Shown here one piece after another: positions 1 to 13,094 of a DNA stretch of 64,000 bases (the stretch's first letter is position 1; every line of letters begins with the position of its first letter). The notes below the pieces were generated by a model. It was given only the letters and a program-made list of their open reading frames with translations, was not told the origin of the DNA and made no database searches. The position numbers and the translations under genes are program-made. The DNA is from Chiloscyllium plagiosum (taxonomy: Eukaryota). Location of the stretch: the NCBI RefSeq assembly GCF_004010195.1, contig NC_057718.1, positions 72,142,071-72,206,070 on the forward strand, read 5' to 3'.

Positions 1-330
1 GAATATACTTTCTCTGGATTCTTGTTATCTCATTCCTGAAGACTTCCCATTTTCCAGCCGTCCCTTTACCTGCGAACATCTGCCTCCAATCAGCTTTCGA
101 AAGTTCTTGCCTAATACCATCAAAATTGGCCTTTTTCCAATTCAGAACTTCAACTTTTAGATCTGGTCTATCCTTTTCCATCACTACTTTAAAATGAATA
201 GAATTATGGTCACTGGCCCCAAAATGCTCCCCCATTGACACCTCAGTCACCTGCCCTGCCTTATTTCCCAAGAGTAGGTCAAGTTTTGCATCTTCTCCAG
301 TAGGTACATCCACATACTGAATCAGAAAAT
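1..330 (-). mobile_element. CR1 LINE fragment (endonuclease/linker region), runs off the window start
   Basis: Near-identical by eye to 15085-15412 of the long CR1 copy. Confidence 0.85.
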
Positions 331-1714
331 TATGCTGACCAAGAATAAATATTTTGACTAGCTACATGTAAAAAGTTATAAACTGTTGGTTTTTAATATT
401 TTAAAATTCTAATCTTTTACACTCCCCTTTGAACACACAGACAGAGTAAAATAGATTGTGGAAAGAAGGGAAGAATTGGAAAGACTGTTCAGTAGTCTTT
501 GTTCCCAGGTACTGTCATTGAGGTTATTTTTCTGTTGGCCAGATGTTGCTTCAGTTGCCTCTCTCCAGATCATAAGAGACAAAGTAGCTGGTTCTCTTAT
601 TAATGACTCTGACTCATTAATTAAAAGTGACAGCATGCAACAACAGTTTTTTTAAAAAATGTTTTCTTCAAATTTAGTGTAACTTGACTGCAGACAACAG
701 AGATTGCTCCTGAGCTGGGAAGAACCAAACACTGTCACTTATTCCTCAATGTAACCTGTTCCTTACTTGAGAACCGATCACACACCTATTGACAGAAAAA
801 AAGTGCTGTCATTTTTAACTGGTTACTACTCCACAGACCAACCAATACAAAAATTACACCATAAATAATTCTGTAAAAATAGAATTATTCAGATTGTACT
901 GAGGATTTTTTTTGTATGATTACAATGTGCAAGTAGTCTCTTACGTGCAGAACTGAAGAAATCAAAAATGACTTGAAAGTCTGATGCAGAATAGGGAATT
1001 ACATTTGTTAGATTTTTCATTTTTTATTTTTTGTTTTCATTTATCAATTTTATGGAGTTGAGAACTGAAAGTTGAAAATGACCTTTGGACAATGTGCAGT
1101 AGCTTGTGTTTAAAAACGTGAGGGGGAAGAAAGAGTTTTCTTGTGTAGTGAGGTCAGGCCTGGAAATTAATTGCAGGTTGGTTCTTAATTTTAAAAAGGA
1201 TTCCACAAATGCTTCAACAGCAGGGGAGAGCAGTATATTTAATTAGATGTTTGGCATTAATGACGTCAGTAACTGGAAATTAGTTCCAGCAAGTCTGGGA
1301 AAGATGTTATGCTCAAACAGAAGGCTTATTGAATGATAAGTGAGACCTCATCAAGAGATGATCAGTTGGACAGGGAGAGGCAAGAGTTTAAATTGAGAAT
1401 TGGGCTGTATCCTCTGAAGAGGAATTTGGTTGTTGATGCTACAGCATGAGGATTTGAAAGATCCCAGCCTAACCCTCCCTTCCCTTTTATCAGCTTTAGA
1501 AGTTCAGAGATTTGAAACTAAGTTTATTGACCTTGTGTGAGTGAGCTGAAAATTAACATCTTCAGAAAATTCAACAAAGAAACCATCATCTGTCTGTGGA
1601 ATAACATCATGAAAATCACTTTGGTAGTGCTGCCTGTTTTGATATTTTCTCTTTATATATCCCTTTAGTCTTTGTAAAATGTTGTCCTTTTTGATTTTAA
1701 AGTCAGAAATGTCA

Positions 1715-3180
1715 AAATAAAAAATGAGCCTGAAGGCTCTGTGTCTCAATGCAGGGAGCATTTGTAATAAAATGGATAAATTAATTGTACAAACAGTTAT
1801 TAATGCATTTGATGTAATTGGGATCACAGAGACCTGGCTTGAGGGTGTCCAAGGTGGGAACTCGATATACAAGGATATTCAATCTTCAGGAAAGATGAAA
1901 GCAAAGAGATATGGGGCAGCATTACTGGTTAAGGAAGAGATGAACACAATAATATGGAAGGATATTAGCCTGGACAATGTAGAGTCTGTGGGTGGAGCTG
2001 TGGAATAGCAAGGGGAAAATAAATTATTAGTGGGAGTTGTGTACAGACCACCAAACGGTTGTTATGAGGTTGGGGATGGCATCAAACAGAAAATTATAGA
2101 TGTATGCAGTATGGGTATAGCAGTTATGATTGGTGACTTCAATCTACAAATTAGTTGGACTAACCAAATGGATAGCAAGGCAATGGAGGAGGATTCCCTG
2201 GAAAATGAGGGATTGTTTCCTTGACAAATTTGTCAAGGGACCAACTAGAGAGCAGGTCGTCCTAGATTGGGTATTGTGTAATGAGAGAGGATTAATTAGC
2301 AATCTTGTGGTGCATGATCCTGTGGGGAAAAGTGATCATAATATGGTAGAATCCTTCATTTAAGGTAGACAGTGACACAGTTACATCTGACACTAGGGTC
2401 CTGAACTTAAAGAAAGCTAACTTTGATGGTATGAGGCACGCATTAGCTAGTATAAGCTGGCCAAGGATGCTTAAGGAGTTGACAGTGGAAAGGCAATGGC
2501 AGACATTTAAAGAACACATGGATGAACTTCAACAACTGTACATCCCTGTCTGGTGTAATGGTAAAGTAGGGAAGGTGACTCAACCATAGGGAAATTGGGG
2601 ATACTGTTAATGCCAAAGAGGAAGCATATCATTTTGTCCGAAAAAGCAGCAAACCTGAGGAACTGGGAAAAATTTTCAATTCAGCAGAGGAGGATAAAAA
2701 GTTTAAATCAGAAGGGGAAAATAGAATGAGACTAAACTTGTAAAAAAAACAAAAATTTATACATCTATGGAATAGAAAAGGACTGGAGACAAATTTGGGT
2801 CCCTTACAATTAGAATCCGATGAATTCATAATTAACAAGAGATGGCAAACATGTTGAAATTGTTCTTTGGATTTGTCATCACCAAGGAGGACACAAATAA
2901 CCTTCCAGAAATGCTAGGGAGCAGAGCATCAAGCATGACGGAGGAACTGAAGAAAGCCCTATTAGTTAGGAAATGGTATTGGGCAAGTTCATGGGCTTAA
3001 AGCTGTCAGTCTCCAGGGTCTGATGCTCAGCATCCCAGAGTACTTCAGGAAGTGGCCCTAGAAATAGTGATCACTTTCCAGCATTTTATAGATTCTGGAA
3101 GAGTTCCAATGGACTGAAGAGTAACTAATGTAACTCCCTTTTTTTGGAAAAGGAGGAAGTGAGAAATGGGGAATTGTAGG
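1715..3180 (+). mobile_element. Decayed CR1-type LINE ORF2, 5' part (APE endonuclease to start of RT)
   Basis: ORF pieces carry LCLNAGSI, GITETWL, GVVYRPP, GDFN and SDH; frameshifts and stops present; interrupted by L1 at ~3181. Confidence 0.85.
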
Positions 3181-3966
3181 AATACAGAGCTTTGCTAAGC
3201 TCTGTATCTCCGTTCAGGCAAAGTAGCACTCTCTCCTCCCCAATTAAATTACTTCTATGAAACTTTGGTGTTTTAAAGAGCTTTTGAACTTGGAACTTAT
3301 ACAAATTCTGTTATAAAGTCCACTTTAATAAAGAAACATGACAAAACATAAAGGCTCTGGCAAGTCCCAGCATACGGGACACTCATTTGAGTAGGTGAAC
3401 ACTTCTGCAGCTGCAGCTGCAGCTCCCTCTACTAGCCCATTGGAGTCGTTGAATATCCAGGCCCTAGCTATAGAGTTTGCAAAGTTGCGAGAGAAGGTAG
3501 AGTCATTGATTGAAGATTCGTGCCAGACTGGATCGAGTCACAGCCGTGCTCCACAGGTATGAGGAGCAGCTGGAAAATGAGAGGCACCAAGAAAAGGAAG
3601 TTGAAAGGAGGACTGTGGCTTCAGAAACCGAGATCTGATTCTTCAAAAGAGTGAATACATCTACTGGAGAAACAGGCACTTACAGGAGCAAGTCAACGAC
3701 CTTGAAAACAGAGGTAGGCAGAAGAATGTTCATGTTGTGGGACTGCTGGAGGGAGTAGAAGGTGAACAGCCAGCGAACTACTTTGAAATCTGGCTGCCGT
3801 GATTTCTAGGCCTGGAGGCTGTGTCAGACCAAGTGAAAGTTGAAAGGGCCCAACGAGTTGCGATGTGCAGACCCAGCTCGGACCAACGCCCTCGTGTGGT
3901 AATTCATAAAAGGAAGACCTTTTATGAGGGACCTTGGTATCCAGTACATTGATGATTGATTTAATA

Positions 3967-4078
3967 ATAACTGATTTAATTAGCAATTTCCAGTTTCACT
4001 GTACCAGCCATATGTATTTAGACATGCATGGCTTAATCTTTGAGACAAACATATGCTACTGGCAGGATCAACGAGGTA
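3967..4078 (-). pseudogene. 18S rRNA 5'-end fragment (about nt 1-112), inverted inside L1 ORF1
   Basis: Reverse complement reads TACCTCGTTGATCCTGCCAGTAGCATATGTTTGTCTCAAAGATTAAGCCATGCATGTCTAA...AAATCAGTTAT, the conserved eukaryotic 18S 5' end with scattered substitutions. Confidence 0.93.
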
Positions 4079-5157
4079 GCTGAACCAAACCTGTGCCCAA
4101 GCCTCCCTGCAGAGGTCATCCTGGTACAAGGTTCAACTCTTTCACAGGTAGGTACCCGGTGGTGCTTTGCTTTAATTATGATGGGTCTGTGTTCTTTTGA
4201 CAATTCAGAAGTGGAAAAAAAAATTTGAACACTTTAAAATAGATCGGATAAGTTAAAGGATGTGGACAATAGTGGGTTTTTTTCCCTTCCTCTTTCCCTT
4301 TTTTTTTAAAGAAGATGCTGAACTTTTTTTTCTGATATTAATGAGTGATAATCTATATTTTGGGATGGGTAGACTATCTACTTTTAATTTCCTTAAGATT
4401 TTTTTAAATCACTTTTTTCCTGCTTTTCTTTCGGCCTGAGTCTGGGATGTGTCTCAAGGTGGAAGGAGATATGAAGGTATTTTTGGGATATGTAAGTGCC
4501 CCCTGTAGGAAGGGGGTAGTGCTTCTTAAGTGTTTTGTTTGGTTTAGTCTTGGGTTTTTTGTATATGTGGTTGTTAGGATGTTTAGATGTAGTAGTTTCA
4601 GTTTTTATGATTTTATTTTGTCTATGCTCAGCAGTTGATAAGTTGAATTCTTCCTTTTTGGAGATGAAATAATGTTATAGAGGGCATGGTTAATTGTATC
4701 CTCAAATTGTGTACCTGGAATATCAGAGGGATCCATTTGCCAGTTGAAAGATAAAGGTGCTTTCCAGTCTTTTACAGGAGACTCCTCTCAATGATAAAGA
4801 ACATTTGAAATTGCAACAGGGTGGGTTTGCATGGGTGTACTTCTGTTCCTTCAATATTAGGAACAGGGGAGTGGCCATACTCATTAGGAGGAATCTTTCA
4901 TTTAAGTTGCTAGGACAGATTAAAGATGAGTAGGGACGGCTTATGATTTTTAAGGCCTCATACATGGAAAAAAGTACGGTATCTTGAATGTTTATTGTCC
5001 CCCTTAAGTTTTTGATGGACGCATGCTCCAAATTGATGGTTCTTGCACCATGGCAGATTATTACAGGAGATGACTTTAATTGCCTCATGGATGCCATGGT
5101 GGATAGAATGCCTCAAGGCTCCGTAACACATTCTTCACAATCTAAACAACTAGTGGA

Positions 5158-5829
5158 AAATAAAATACAGTCCGCAGATTCCTCAAGAACAAACCACAAC
5201 AAGCAGACCAAACACAGCCAGAAACCCTAACCACCTTACCATACATCAAAGAAGTTTCAGAAATGATATCCAGACGACTAAGACCCCTCGGAATCCTAGT
5301 AGCACACAAACCCACCAACCCTCTCAAACAAAAACTAACAAACTTAAAAGACCCAGTACAACCCATGGAAAAAACCAACATCATCTACACAATTCCATGC
5401 AAGGACTGCCACAAACACTACGTAGGACAAACAGGAAGAAAGTTAGCCACCAGGATACATGAACATCAGCTACACAGATTAAAAAAAACACCATTTCGAC
5501 TGGGACAGGCTAAGCAAAGACATGCCAGAGAATTCCTAGAGGCCTGGCACTCCAATCACAACGCCATAAACAAACACATAGATCTTGATACCATCTATCA
5601 ACCCCTCAGAAAATGAACAGGAAATAACATCACCACAAACCCCAGGAACCCCACCCAGGACAAACATATAAATAGAAAGCAGGAGACAACAGCTTTGCTT
5701 CACTTGGAGGTCGCCGCTGATGATATTACCTAGCCAGGTAATGAAACGTCTGGATATCAAACCTATAGCTCAGCGAGCAAACCTACATCCTAAACCTCAA
5801 CCTGAGCTACAAACCTTCACCAACCTTGC
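5158..5829 (+). mobile_element. 5'-truncated Penelope-like element (GIY-YIG endonuclease plus 3' region) inserted in L1 ORF2
   Basis: ORF 5263-5616 NIIYTIPCKDCHKHYVGQTGRKLATRIHEH; 14-bp TSD AAACAACTAGTGGA at 5144-5157 and 5830-5843. Confidence 0.9.
5714..5753 (+). ncRNA. Minimal hammerhead ribozyme motif in the PLE 3' region
   Basis: CTGATGA-T-ATTACC-tagcca-GGTAAT-GAAA-C-GTC, with a short CCG/TGG stem I. Confidence 0.7.
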
Positions 5830-7644
5830 AAACAACTAGTGGACTTGTGTGCAGAATTGGGATTGGTGGATGTCTGGAGGTGTCTCCATCCCACAGGAAG
5901 GGACTTTACGTTCTTTTCTAAACCACACAAGTGTCATACCAGGATTGATCTTTTCCTAAACCCCTGTACTATCCTTGGATTTGGTAACATCCTGTATAAT
6001 TGTAAATATCACTATTTCGGAACATTCTGCAGTATATTTAGAGACTGAGGTTAAGGGCAATATTGCGGGCTCTTGGCACTGGCAAATGAATCCCTTTATT
6101 CTGAGGGACAGTAAGTTCATTGAATATTTCCTTAATGAATTTGAGTTATTCTCATCCATCAATTCGGATACGCCCAGTAACCTGTCTATTCTTGGGAGAC
6201 AGCTAAGGCGTATGACAGGGAGAATGATCATTTCTTACTCTGCCAATCAGAAACAACAGAAGGGGGAGCAAAGCTGCCTGCTTGAGGCACAGTAAAAGAT
6301 TGCTGAAAATACTTATTTTGACAAACCATCAGTGGTTATACTGCAGCGGGCTATGGCTATGGCTCTTTGGTCCACCTTGAATTCTGTGCTTACACAGACA
6401 GCAAGGAAGAAACTTTTCTTCATGAAACAAAAACTGTTTGAAAATGGTGACCAGCCAGACAGGTATATAGCATATCTAGCCAGGAAAAAGAGTGGTCCCT
6501 AATTCATTACCTCAATCAGGGATGGGACTAGGATGGTCACTTGTGACTCTGAAAAGATCAATGCATTTCAGAAACTCTATTTTAAATTATACCAGTCTGA
6601 GTGTTGTGAGGGTGGATGGGCTCCACTGAAGTCTTTCTTTAAGAACCTGGATCTTCCAAGTGTTAGTTCTGAACAGGAGTGTTTTCTTAATTCCCCTTTA
6701 ACAGTACAAGAGGTATAGGAGACTGTTAAACAGATGCAGAGTGGGAAGGCATCTGGCCCTGACTCTCTCCCTCGCAAGTTTTAGAAAGAATTTATGAGTG
6801 TACTGTCGAGACCAACATGTACTCATACTCACAGTCGTCTCCCACTATCCCTGAGAGAGGCTAATATCCCTTTCTTTTTCAAGAAAGGGAAGACTCCAGA
6901 AGAATGTGCCTCCTACAAGCCCATCTCACTTTTGAACTCCAATTTTAAAATTTTGTCTAAGGTTCTTGTATTAAGATTGGAAATTGTGCTGCCTTAAAGA
7001 CAACCAGACTGGTTTTATGAGAGGATCTACAGCCTTTTATGTCAAGAAATTGCTAAATATAATTCAAGCTTGTCAGCAGCAGTCGGTTCAGTGGTCTCCT
7101 TAGATGCAGAAAAGTCATTCAAACTGGTCATACCTTTTTTATACCCTTGAACAATTTGGATTGGAGGAGGTTTTTATTAGGTGGGTATTTACACTGATCC
7201 TCTGGCAGTGGCTCTCACCAAGGGTGTGAGGTCTAGTAATTTTAATATCTGTAGGAGCAGTTGGCAAGGCTGCCCTTCTCGCCATTTCAATCACCAATGT
7301 GAAAGTACCGCTGGCAGAGGTGATCCGTAGGGATCCTAATATAGCCACCCTGAAAGTAGGATCTAAATCACATAAGATCTCACTGTACGCAGATTTTTTT
7401 TGTCAAGTCCGCTGGTCTCCGCATCCCATCTGATGCAATGTATTTGGCTCCTTTTTCAGGTTAGAAGATTCATTTCTCAAAAGGGGTCTTCGGAAAATAG
7501 CTGAGGTGGAAGTTGAATCACAGTTCCCCTTCAGATGATCACCAGAGGGTTTTCTTTCTTTAGGCATCTTTGTAACTCCTTTCTTTGATCAGTTGTTTAA
7601 GGCCAATTTTGCCCATTTACTTCACAGGATTAAGCAAGATTTGG

Positions 7645-7852
7645 AGGAAGCTGGAGAAATCTGCCTTCATCCCTTGTGGTTGGAGGGTTCCTAGGCGGAA
7701 GATGAGGTACTCTTCCTCCAGGCGTCGTGTTGCCATGGTCTGGTGATGGAGGAGGCCAAGGACCTGCATGTCCTTGGCGGAGTGGGATGGAGAGTTAGTG
7801 TTCAGCCACAGGGCGGTTGGGTTGGTTGGTGCGAGTGTCCCAGAGGTGTTCT
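7645..7852 (-). mobile_element. Penelope-like element fragment inside L1 ORF2
   Basis: Similar to PLE segments at 28730-29050 and, inverted, 29815-30030. Confidence 0.6.
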
Positions 7853-9262
7853 CGGAAATTTTATTTGTCTGTGTGAGTGTTGTCTTTTATTTGTCTGGAT
7901 ATTGAGGCCCCCCAGGCAAAATGTACCCTCATCAATCTCCTGTTTTTAGATAAATTGAAGACTGTCACAGAATGTTGCCATAATCTGATTAATTATTTAT
8001 TCTGTTAGGGCTTGGAGGGCAATGTGGCAGAGGAAGGATAATATATCCAAAACATCCTTTTTTACCCCTATAGCTGATATGCCAGGTTTTCAGCCAGGGA
8101 TAATGGATCCTGGATTAATGCTCTGGGCAGCTTGGGGAATCTCCTGTTTGGACAATTTATTTGAAGGTGAAATAATGTCATTTGACCAAATAATCCATTA
8201 ATATGGTTTAGCTAGCAGAGACCTGAAAAAGGGTCAGAGATTTTATTCAAAAGGGAACCACATTTTTGACCAACCCCTGCAGATCTCTTATGGAAAAGAG
8301 GGTGCTTCATGCTAAAAGTACTATCTTCATTAGTACTGTTTATCATGTGTTTGGTGGGGGGGTGATCTTTCAGAAGACCTTGAGTGGCTTTGTGGGGTCT
8401 GGGAGAGAGAATTTAGAGGTTGAGATCTCTATGGAGGTATGGAGGGACATTTGCAAAAATGTGAGGAAGATTTTGATCTGTAATAGGACCCATGCCATAC
8501 AGCTTAAGATTTTGCATAGGATCCAGTGGCCCCAGACAGTCTCGAAATTGAAGGTCGGATTATCTTCATTACTTCCTAAGTGTAAAACAAGCATTGGTAC
8601 ACTCGCTCATTGTTTATGGTCTTGTCGCCTGCTTCTTACATACTGGAGTGCTGTGGCAGGAATTATACAGAGGATCTTGGGGGCCGATGTTAAGCTGGAC
8701 CTATCTCTTTTCTCCTGGGCCTAGCCTCTCTGGACACTTAATGGAAAAATCTTTTTAATATTCTTACTTTCTGTGCAAGGAAAGCTATCCTAATGTGTTA
8801 GATCTCTGAAACTCCCTAGATCTATTGGGTTGGCAGAGACTTATTGCGGAACATATTTCTCTGGACATTTTTATGAATATGGTACACCAGAAAATTGAAA
8901 CCTTTTTATTAGATATGGCACCCCTATCCAGAGTATTTGGATGTTCGATTTATCTACCATTTTAACTAGGGCTTTTGTGTAGCCATGACTGCCTGATCCA
9001 GTGTACTTGATGTCCTTGAAGGAAGAATTTTGAATAAATTAGTGTGTAATAATTAAGGCTTTCAGCTAATGTTTTGTTGTGCTGAGCTGCTTTCTTTATT
9101 TATTTATTTATTTATTTATTTACCTTTTTTGATCTGCCGATTTTGCACGAGTATAGTTTTTTTTCTGTTATATGCATATGTTTTCTTTTCCTCTTGGTTG
9201 TTGGTGTTGTAATTTTTTTTGTAATTTTATAAAAGATCTTTCTTTCAATAAAAATGTAATAA

Positions 9263-10045
9263 GAGTATTTGGAAAGCAGTGACCAAATCAGTCCAAGTCA
9301 GCATGGATTCACAAAAAGTGAATTCTTGCTTGAGAAATCTTAATTTTGTTTGAGGATGGGACCAGTAGAGTGGTCAAAGGTGAATCAGTGTATCTTGACT
9401 TTCAATAGTTGTTGAATAGGTTTCATACAAGATGAGCAAGTAATATTAAAGCTGATAGTATTAAATGTATTGTCTTGACGTGAATAGAGAAATAGGAAGC
9501 AGATTTGGAATAAATGGATCCTTTTCAGATTGGCAGTGACTAGTGGGATCCCACTGGGTTCAGTGCTGGGACCCCAGCTGTTCACAATATACATTAATAA
9601 TTTTAGTGAAGGAATTGAATGTCATGTCTCCAAATTTTCAGACAATACTAAACTGGGTGGCAGTGTGTGCCATGAGGAGGATGCTAAGAAGCTGTTGGGT
9701 GACTTTGACAGGCTGACTGAGTGGGCAAATACTTGGCAAATGCCATATAATGTGGATAAATGTGAGATTATCCATTAGTTAAAAACAAGAAGGCTGATCA
9801 TTATCTAAATGATGGCAGTATAGGAAAAAGGTGAGGTGCAACAACACCTGGCCTGGAACATTCGCTGAATGTTGGCATGCAAGTGCAGCAGGTGGTGAGG
9901 ATGCTGGCCTTCTTAGCAAGGGGATTGGAGTATAAGAGTAAGAGGTGTTTTGTTGCCATAATACAGGGCTTTGGTGAGGCCACACGTTGAGTATTGTATG
10001 CAGTTTGGTCTTCTAGACTGAAGAAGGACATTCTGGATATTGAAG
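9263..10045 (+). mobile_element. Decayed CR1 RT, continuation of 1715-3180
   Basis: EYLES..SQHGF, SGIPLGSVLGPQLFTIYIN, SKFSDNTKLGG (FADD-derived). Confidence 0.85.
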
Positions 10046-10774
10046 CTTAGATCATTTAAGCTATAGATCCAGTATCTAGAATTGATTATTGGCAGAGTCA
10101 GGGATTTGTTAATTAAAAAGTCTTTAGGAATATGACTGTGTGCATTTAAGAGATGTGTTCTATCCTGTTTATTTTGCAGAGAGCTGAGTCAGTGATACTA
10201 AAATGTGTCCTTCAGATGGCAGTTGGTGAACAGCTTTTGAGTTCTTCGTGTTTTTTTTGGGGGGAGACAAAAGTATCCTGAGTGGGTGGGGTCAAGGCTC
10301 ACACAGACCCAAAAAGGCTTTTAGTATTGCTTTCAGTTAGTTTTAATATTTATGCTGGCTGCTAAAAGCTGGAGCTTCTGATCGCTGGAGTGAAGTCCTG
10401 GACACTGAGGCTTCCTCTTAAACATCAAAAGGGGAGCAGATTGTTCTTGTTTTGCTTCTTCCAAACTGGAAAGAGACAACATGTGAGTATTCTAACATTT
10501 TGCTGAATTGCATTTTTGCTAAAGGATGTGTTTATGGGATGCCACGTATATTGTAACAATTGATGATTAGTGGATAAATAGGATATTATCTTGTTCAGTA
10601 TTTCAAGAGTGAGTTATGCCTTTTTTTGTATTTTAACTGTTGTAAGAATACAGTTTCTTGATTAAAGCCCAGTAGTGGACCAGTTGAATCACATCTGGAA
10701 TATAGAACTTTACACTTTCCTTTAAATATGGTGTAGGCTATCACCTTACAATACTTTGGAGAGACAGTCTGGTC

Positions 10775-10792
10775 TGGGAACTTGTCCAAGAT
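10775..10792 (+). promoter_or_regulatory. Degenerate tRNA-Pro primer-binding site
   Basis: TGGGAACTTGTCCAAGAT versus canonical TGGGGGCTCGTCCGGGAT (13/18, all mismatches transitions), directly after the 5' LTR. Confidence 0.6.
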
Positions 10793-11673
10793 CAAAACCT
10801 TTAATTTCAGATTGAGATTTGAATTATTGAATTCTAACTCAAAGATTTGTTGGTGTTCTCTTTTTGGCTGTTCATTAGTTTACATATGGAGAGCCGTTGG
10901 TAATAAAGGCTGTTTCAGAGGCTAAGTTTCCTGAGTGTGGAAGCAGTTACTTGATTTACAGAAGGCAAAGCTTTTGAAATTGGTGTAAAGCTGAAATTGG
11001 GGTAATCTGTGTTTGTGAGGAAAGGGGGGGTAATTGCAGTGATATCTGCATTTCTGGCAATTGTAAACGTTATCGGAATAATTGGAAATGGCTAAACTTC
11101 AATTAAGGCGAGAGAGGGAGAGAACTGCAGTGGAACATACAGCAAAAGAATTAAAACCGATTTGAATATGAATGGAAACAAAAGTGGTTTATAATTGAAA
11201 GCAGAAGGAAAAGAAAATGAGAATAGCCCTACCAGACAAGAGAACATCTGAATTTCAGAAGTTGAAAGTGAAGGCCAACCAAAAATGGCAGAGGTAAAGG
11301 GGAAAAGTTGGAGTGATGATGACAACAGTGATGAGCAAACCCATTGTAACCAGAAGCTTGGTGGGATCTTTTTAAATATGCCTAAGCATTGCCAGGGTTT
11401 GGCAAGAAGGACACAAAAGCCTTTTTTGGTTCGTTTGAGAAAGTGGCTAAACAAATGAAATGGCCACTGACCATATGGATATTGTTGATTCAAAAAAGAT
11501 TGGTGAGTACAGATAGTGAGATGTTTGAATCTCTATCAGAAGAGATATCTGGGGAGTATGAGAAGTGAAATAGGCACTTAAAATGGCTTATGATTTAGTG
11601 CCGGAAGCCTATAGACGATGTTTAAGGTAGCTAAGAAGGGTACCTGGTCAAATGTACATAGAATTTGAAAGGA

Positions 11674-12808
11674 TATGGGCCAGGCCAGATCCCCCAGAAA
11701 CATTTCAAGAAAGTAGCCCAAGTCCTAACTTTGCTAATTGTTTTAAGTAAGTGTAAGTAAATAAAAGTGGAATTTCCAAGAGTGATGCAGTTGGCCCAAC
11801 AACTTGATTTTAAACAAAATGTATTTGCAAGATTATGGAATGAAACACAAACAAAAGAGAACAGAATAAAGAATAACTTAACCGATCTGAAATGCAACAG
11901 ATTATCCAAACTTAATGATGCTGTTCCAAACTCATGCAATAATCCTCATAAAAATGGTAAAATCAAACACAGGAACTTGAGAGATCCCGCATGGAACATC
12001 ATCTTTCATGTAGCTGTTTCTTTGACCAGCAGCTCTGAACCCAAACCAAACGAGAGAAAAATTGAACTAGAAGAACTGGTGCTTCCCATTCTTTTAAAAC
12101 TTAAAAGTTTCTTCAGGTAGATCAACCCCAGATATTTCCAAATCTGTCTTTACTGTAATGTTAAAAGACTAAATGGGACTATCTCTCTGGATATTAATGT
12201 AATATTAAAGAGTTAAACTGCACAGAGAACATTCTGGAAGTGGCTGGGGATGACATTTATGCAACAATACAAATGACCCCCGCTCCAATTAGACAGTTAT
12301 TTGCTCCTACTCCCTTGACTATTATCAAGTTAACTTATCATTCAATCTCTTCCGAAATGCTTTCTAGTCATCCCTGAAGCTAGATATGTTGCACCTGCAT
12401 TGTCTTGGGGAATCACTAAATCAGGAACTCCTTTGCATAATGATTCCCCAGGATTAGGGCATTTACATTTGCATTATCTCTGAGGATGATCTCCTACCCC
12501 TGTACTTGGGGTAACATGTGACTCTGGTTGTCTTGAGTGGCATGTGACTGTGGGGGAGTGGCTAGTATATTAGTGAGCATGACCAACTGATCCATATAAA
12601 GTGGATTGTTTTCCTTTGTTCAGTGCTTCACTTTGTTTCGACTTCACACATCTGTGAAGAGGGTCACCTAGCTTGTACAAGCTTTAAAAAACTTTAACTA
12701 TTTGCTGAAGTTGGTGTGTATGAGTTGCATCTCATGTGTGAAGCCTCTAGACCTCCTGAAAAAAGTCCAAGGACAACATAACCTTGATGAAGCAGTAGCA
12801 TCATCACA
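11674..12808. mobile_element. Solo LTR inserted in gypsy gag (contains a second nested LTR)
   Basis: 4-bp TSD AGGA (11670-11673, 12809-12812); removal restores gag EFERIKQNSFDRW; related copy at ~57678-58145. Confidence 0.7.
12159..12778 (+). mobile_element. Solo LTR-like element nested in the previous LTR
   Basis: TGTT...AACA termini, TATAAA at ~12595, similarity to 33195-33829. Confidence 0.55.
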
Positions 12809-13094
12809 AGGATCAAACAAAATAGCTTTGATAGGTGGATAAGGGTATCAAATGATGTTCTTGCAGACTGAGTTCTTTTGGAAGAGTTCAAAAAGTCACT
12901 TCCTGAACTCGTGGAGTAGCAGAGTTAAAATTACAAGATTAGCAGTAAAAATGGAGACGATTATAAGTTAGTTCATAAATGGAAAATTTGACTTCCATCA
13001 TCAGTTTTGATTGGTCAAATGACAGAAATTGGTGGGAAAACAGAAATCCTCAGGCGAGAAGGGAAAACAAGTTCTCATTTAAAATAGTTTACTG

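Larger units (their letters stand above)
3181..9262 (+). mobile_element. Near full-length decayed L1-clade LINE (ORF1 ~3340-4230, ORF2 ~4686-8980)
   Basis: ORF1-like LENRGR..NVHVVGLLEG; ORF2 start LKLCTWNIRG, GDDFN, DVWRCLHP, YKPISLLN, C-terminal KCK...HCLWSC knuckle; T-rich 3' UTR and AATAAA at 9248. Confidence 0.85.

Noticed and set aside
3967..4078. Functional 18S rRNA gene
   Set aside because: Only ~112 nt, mutated at conserved positions, and embedded in an L1.
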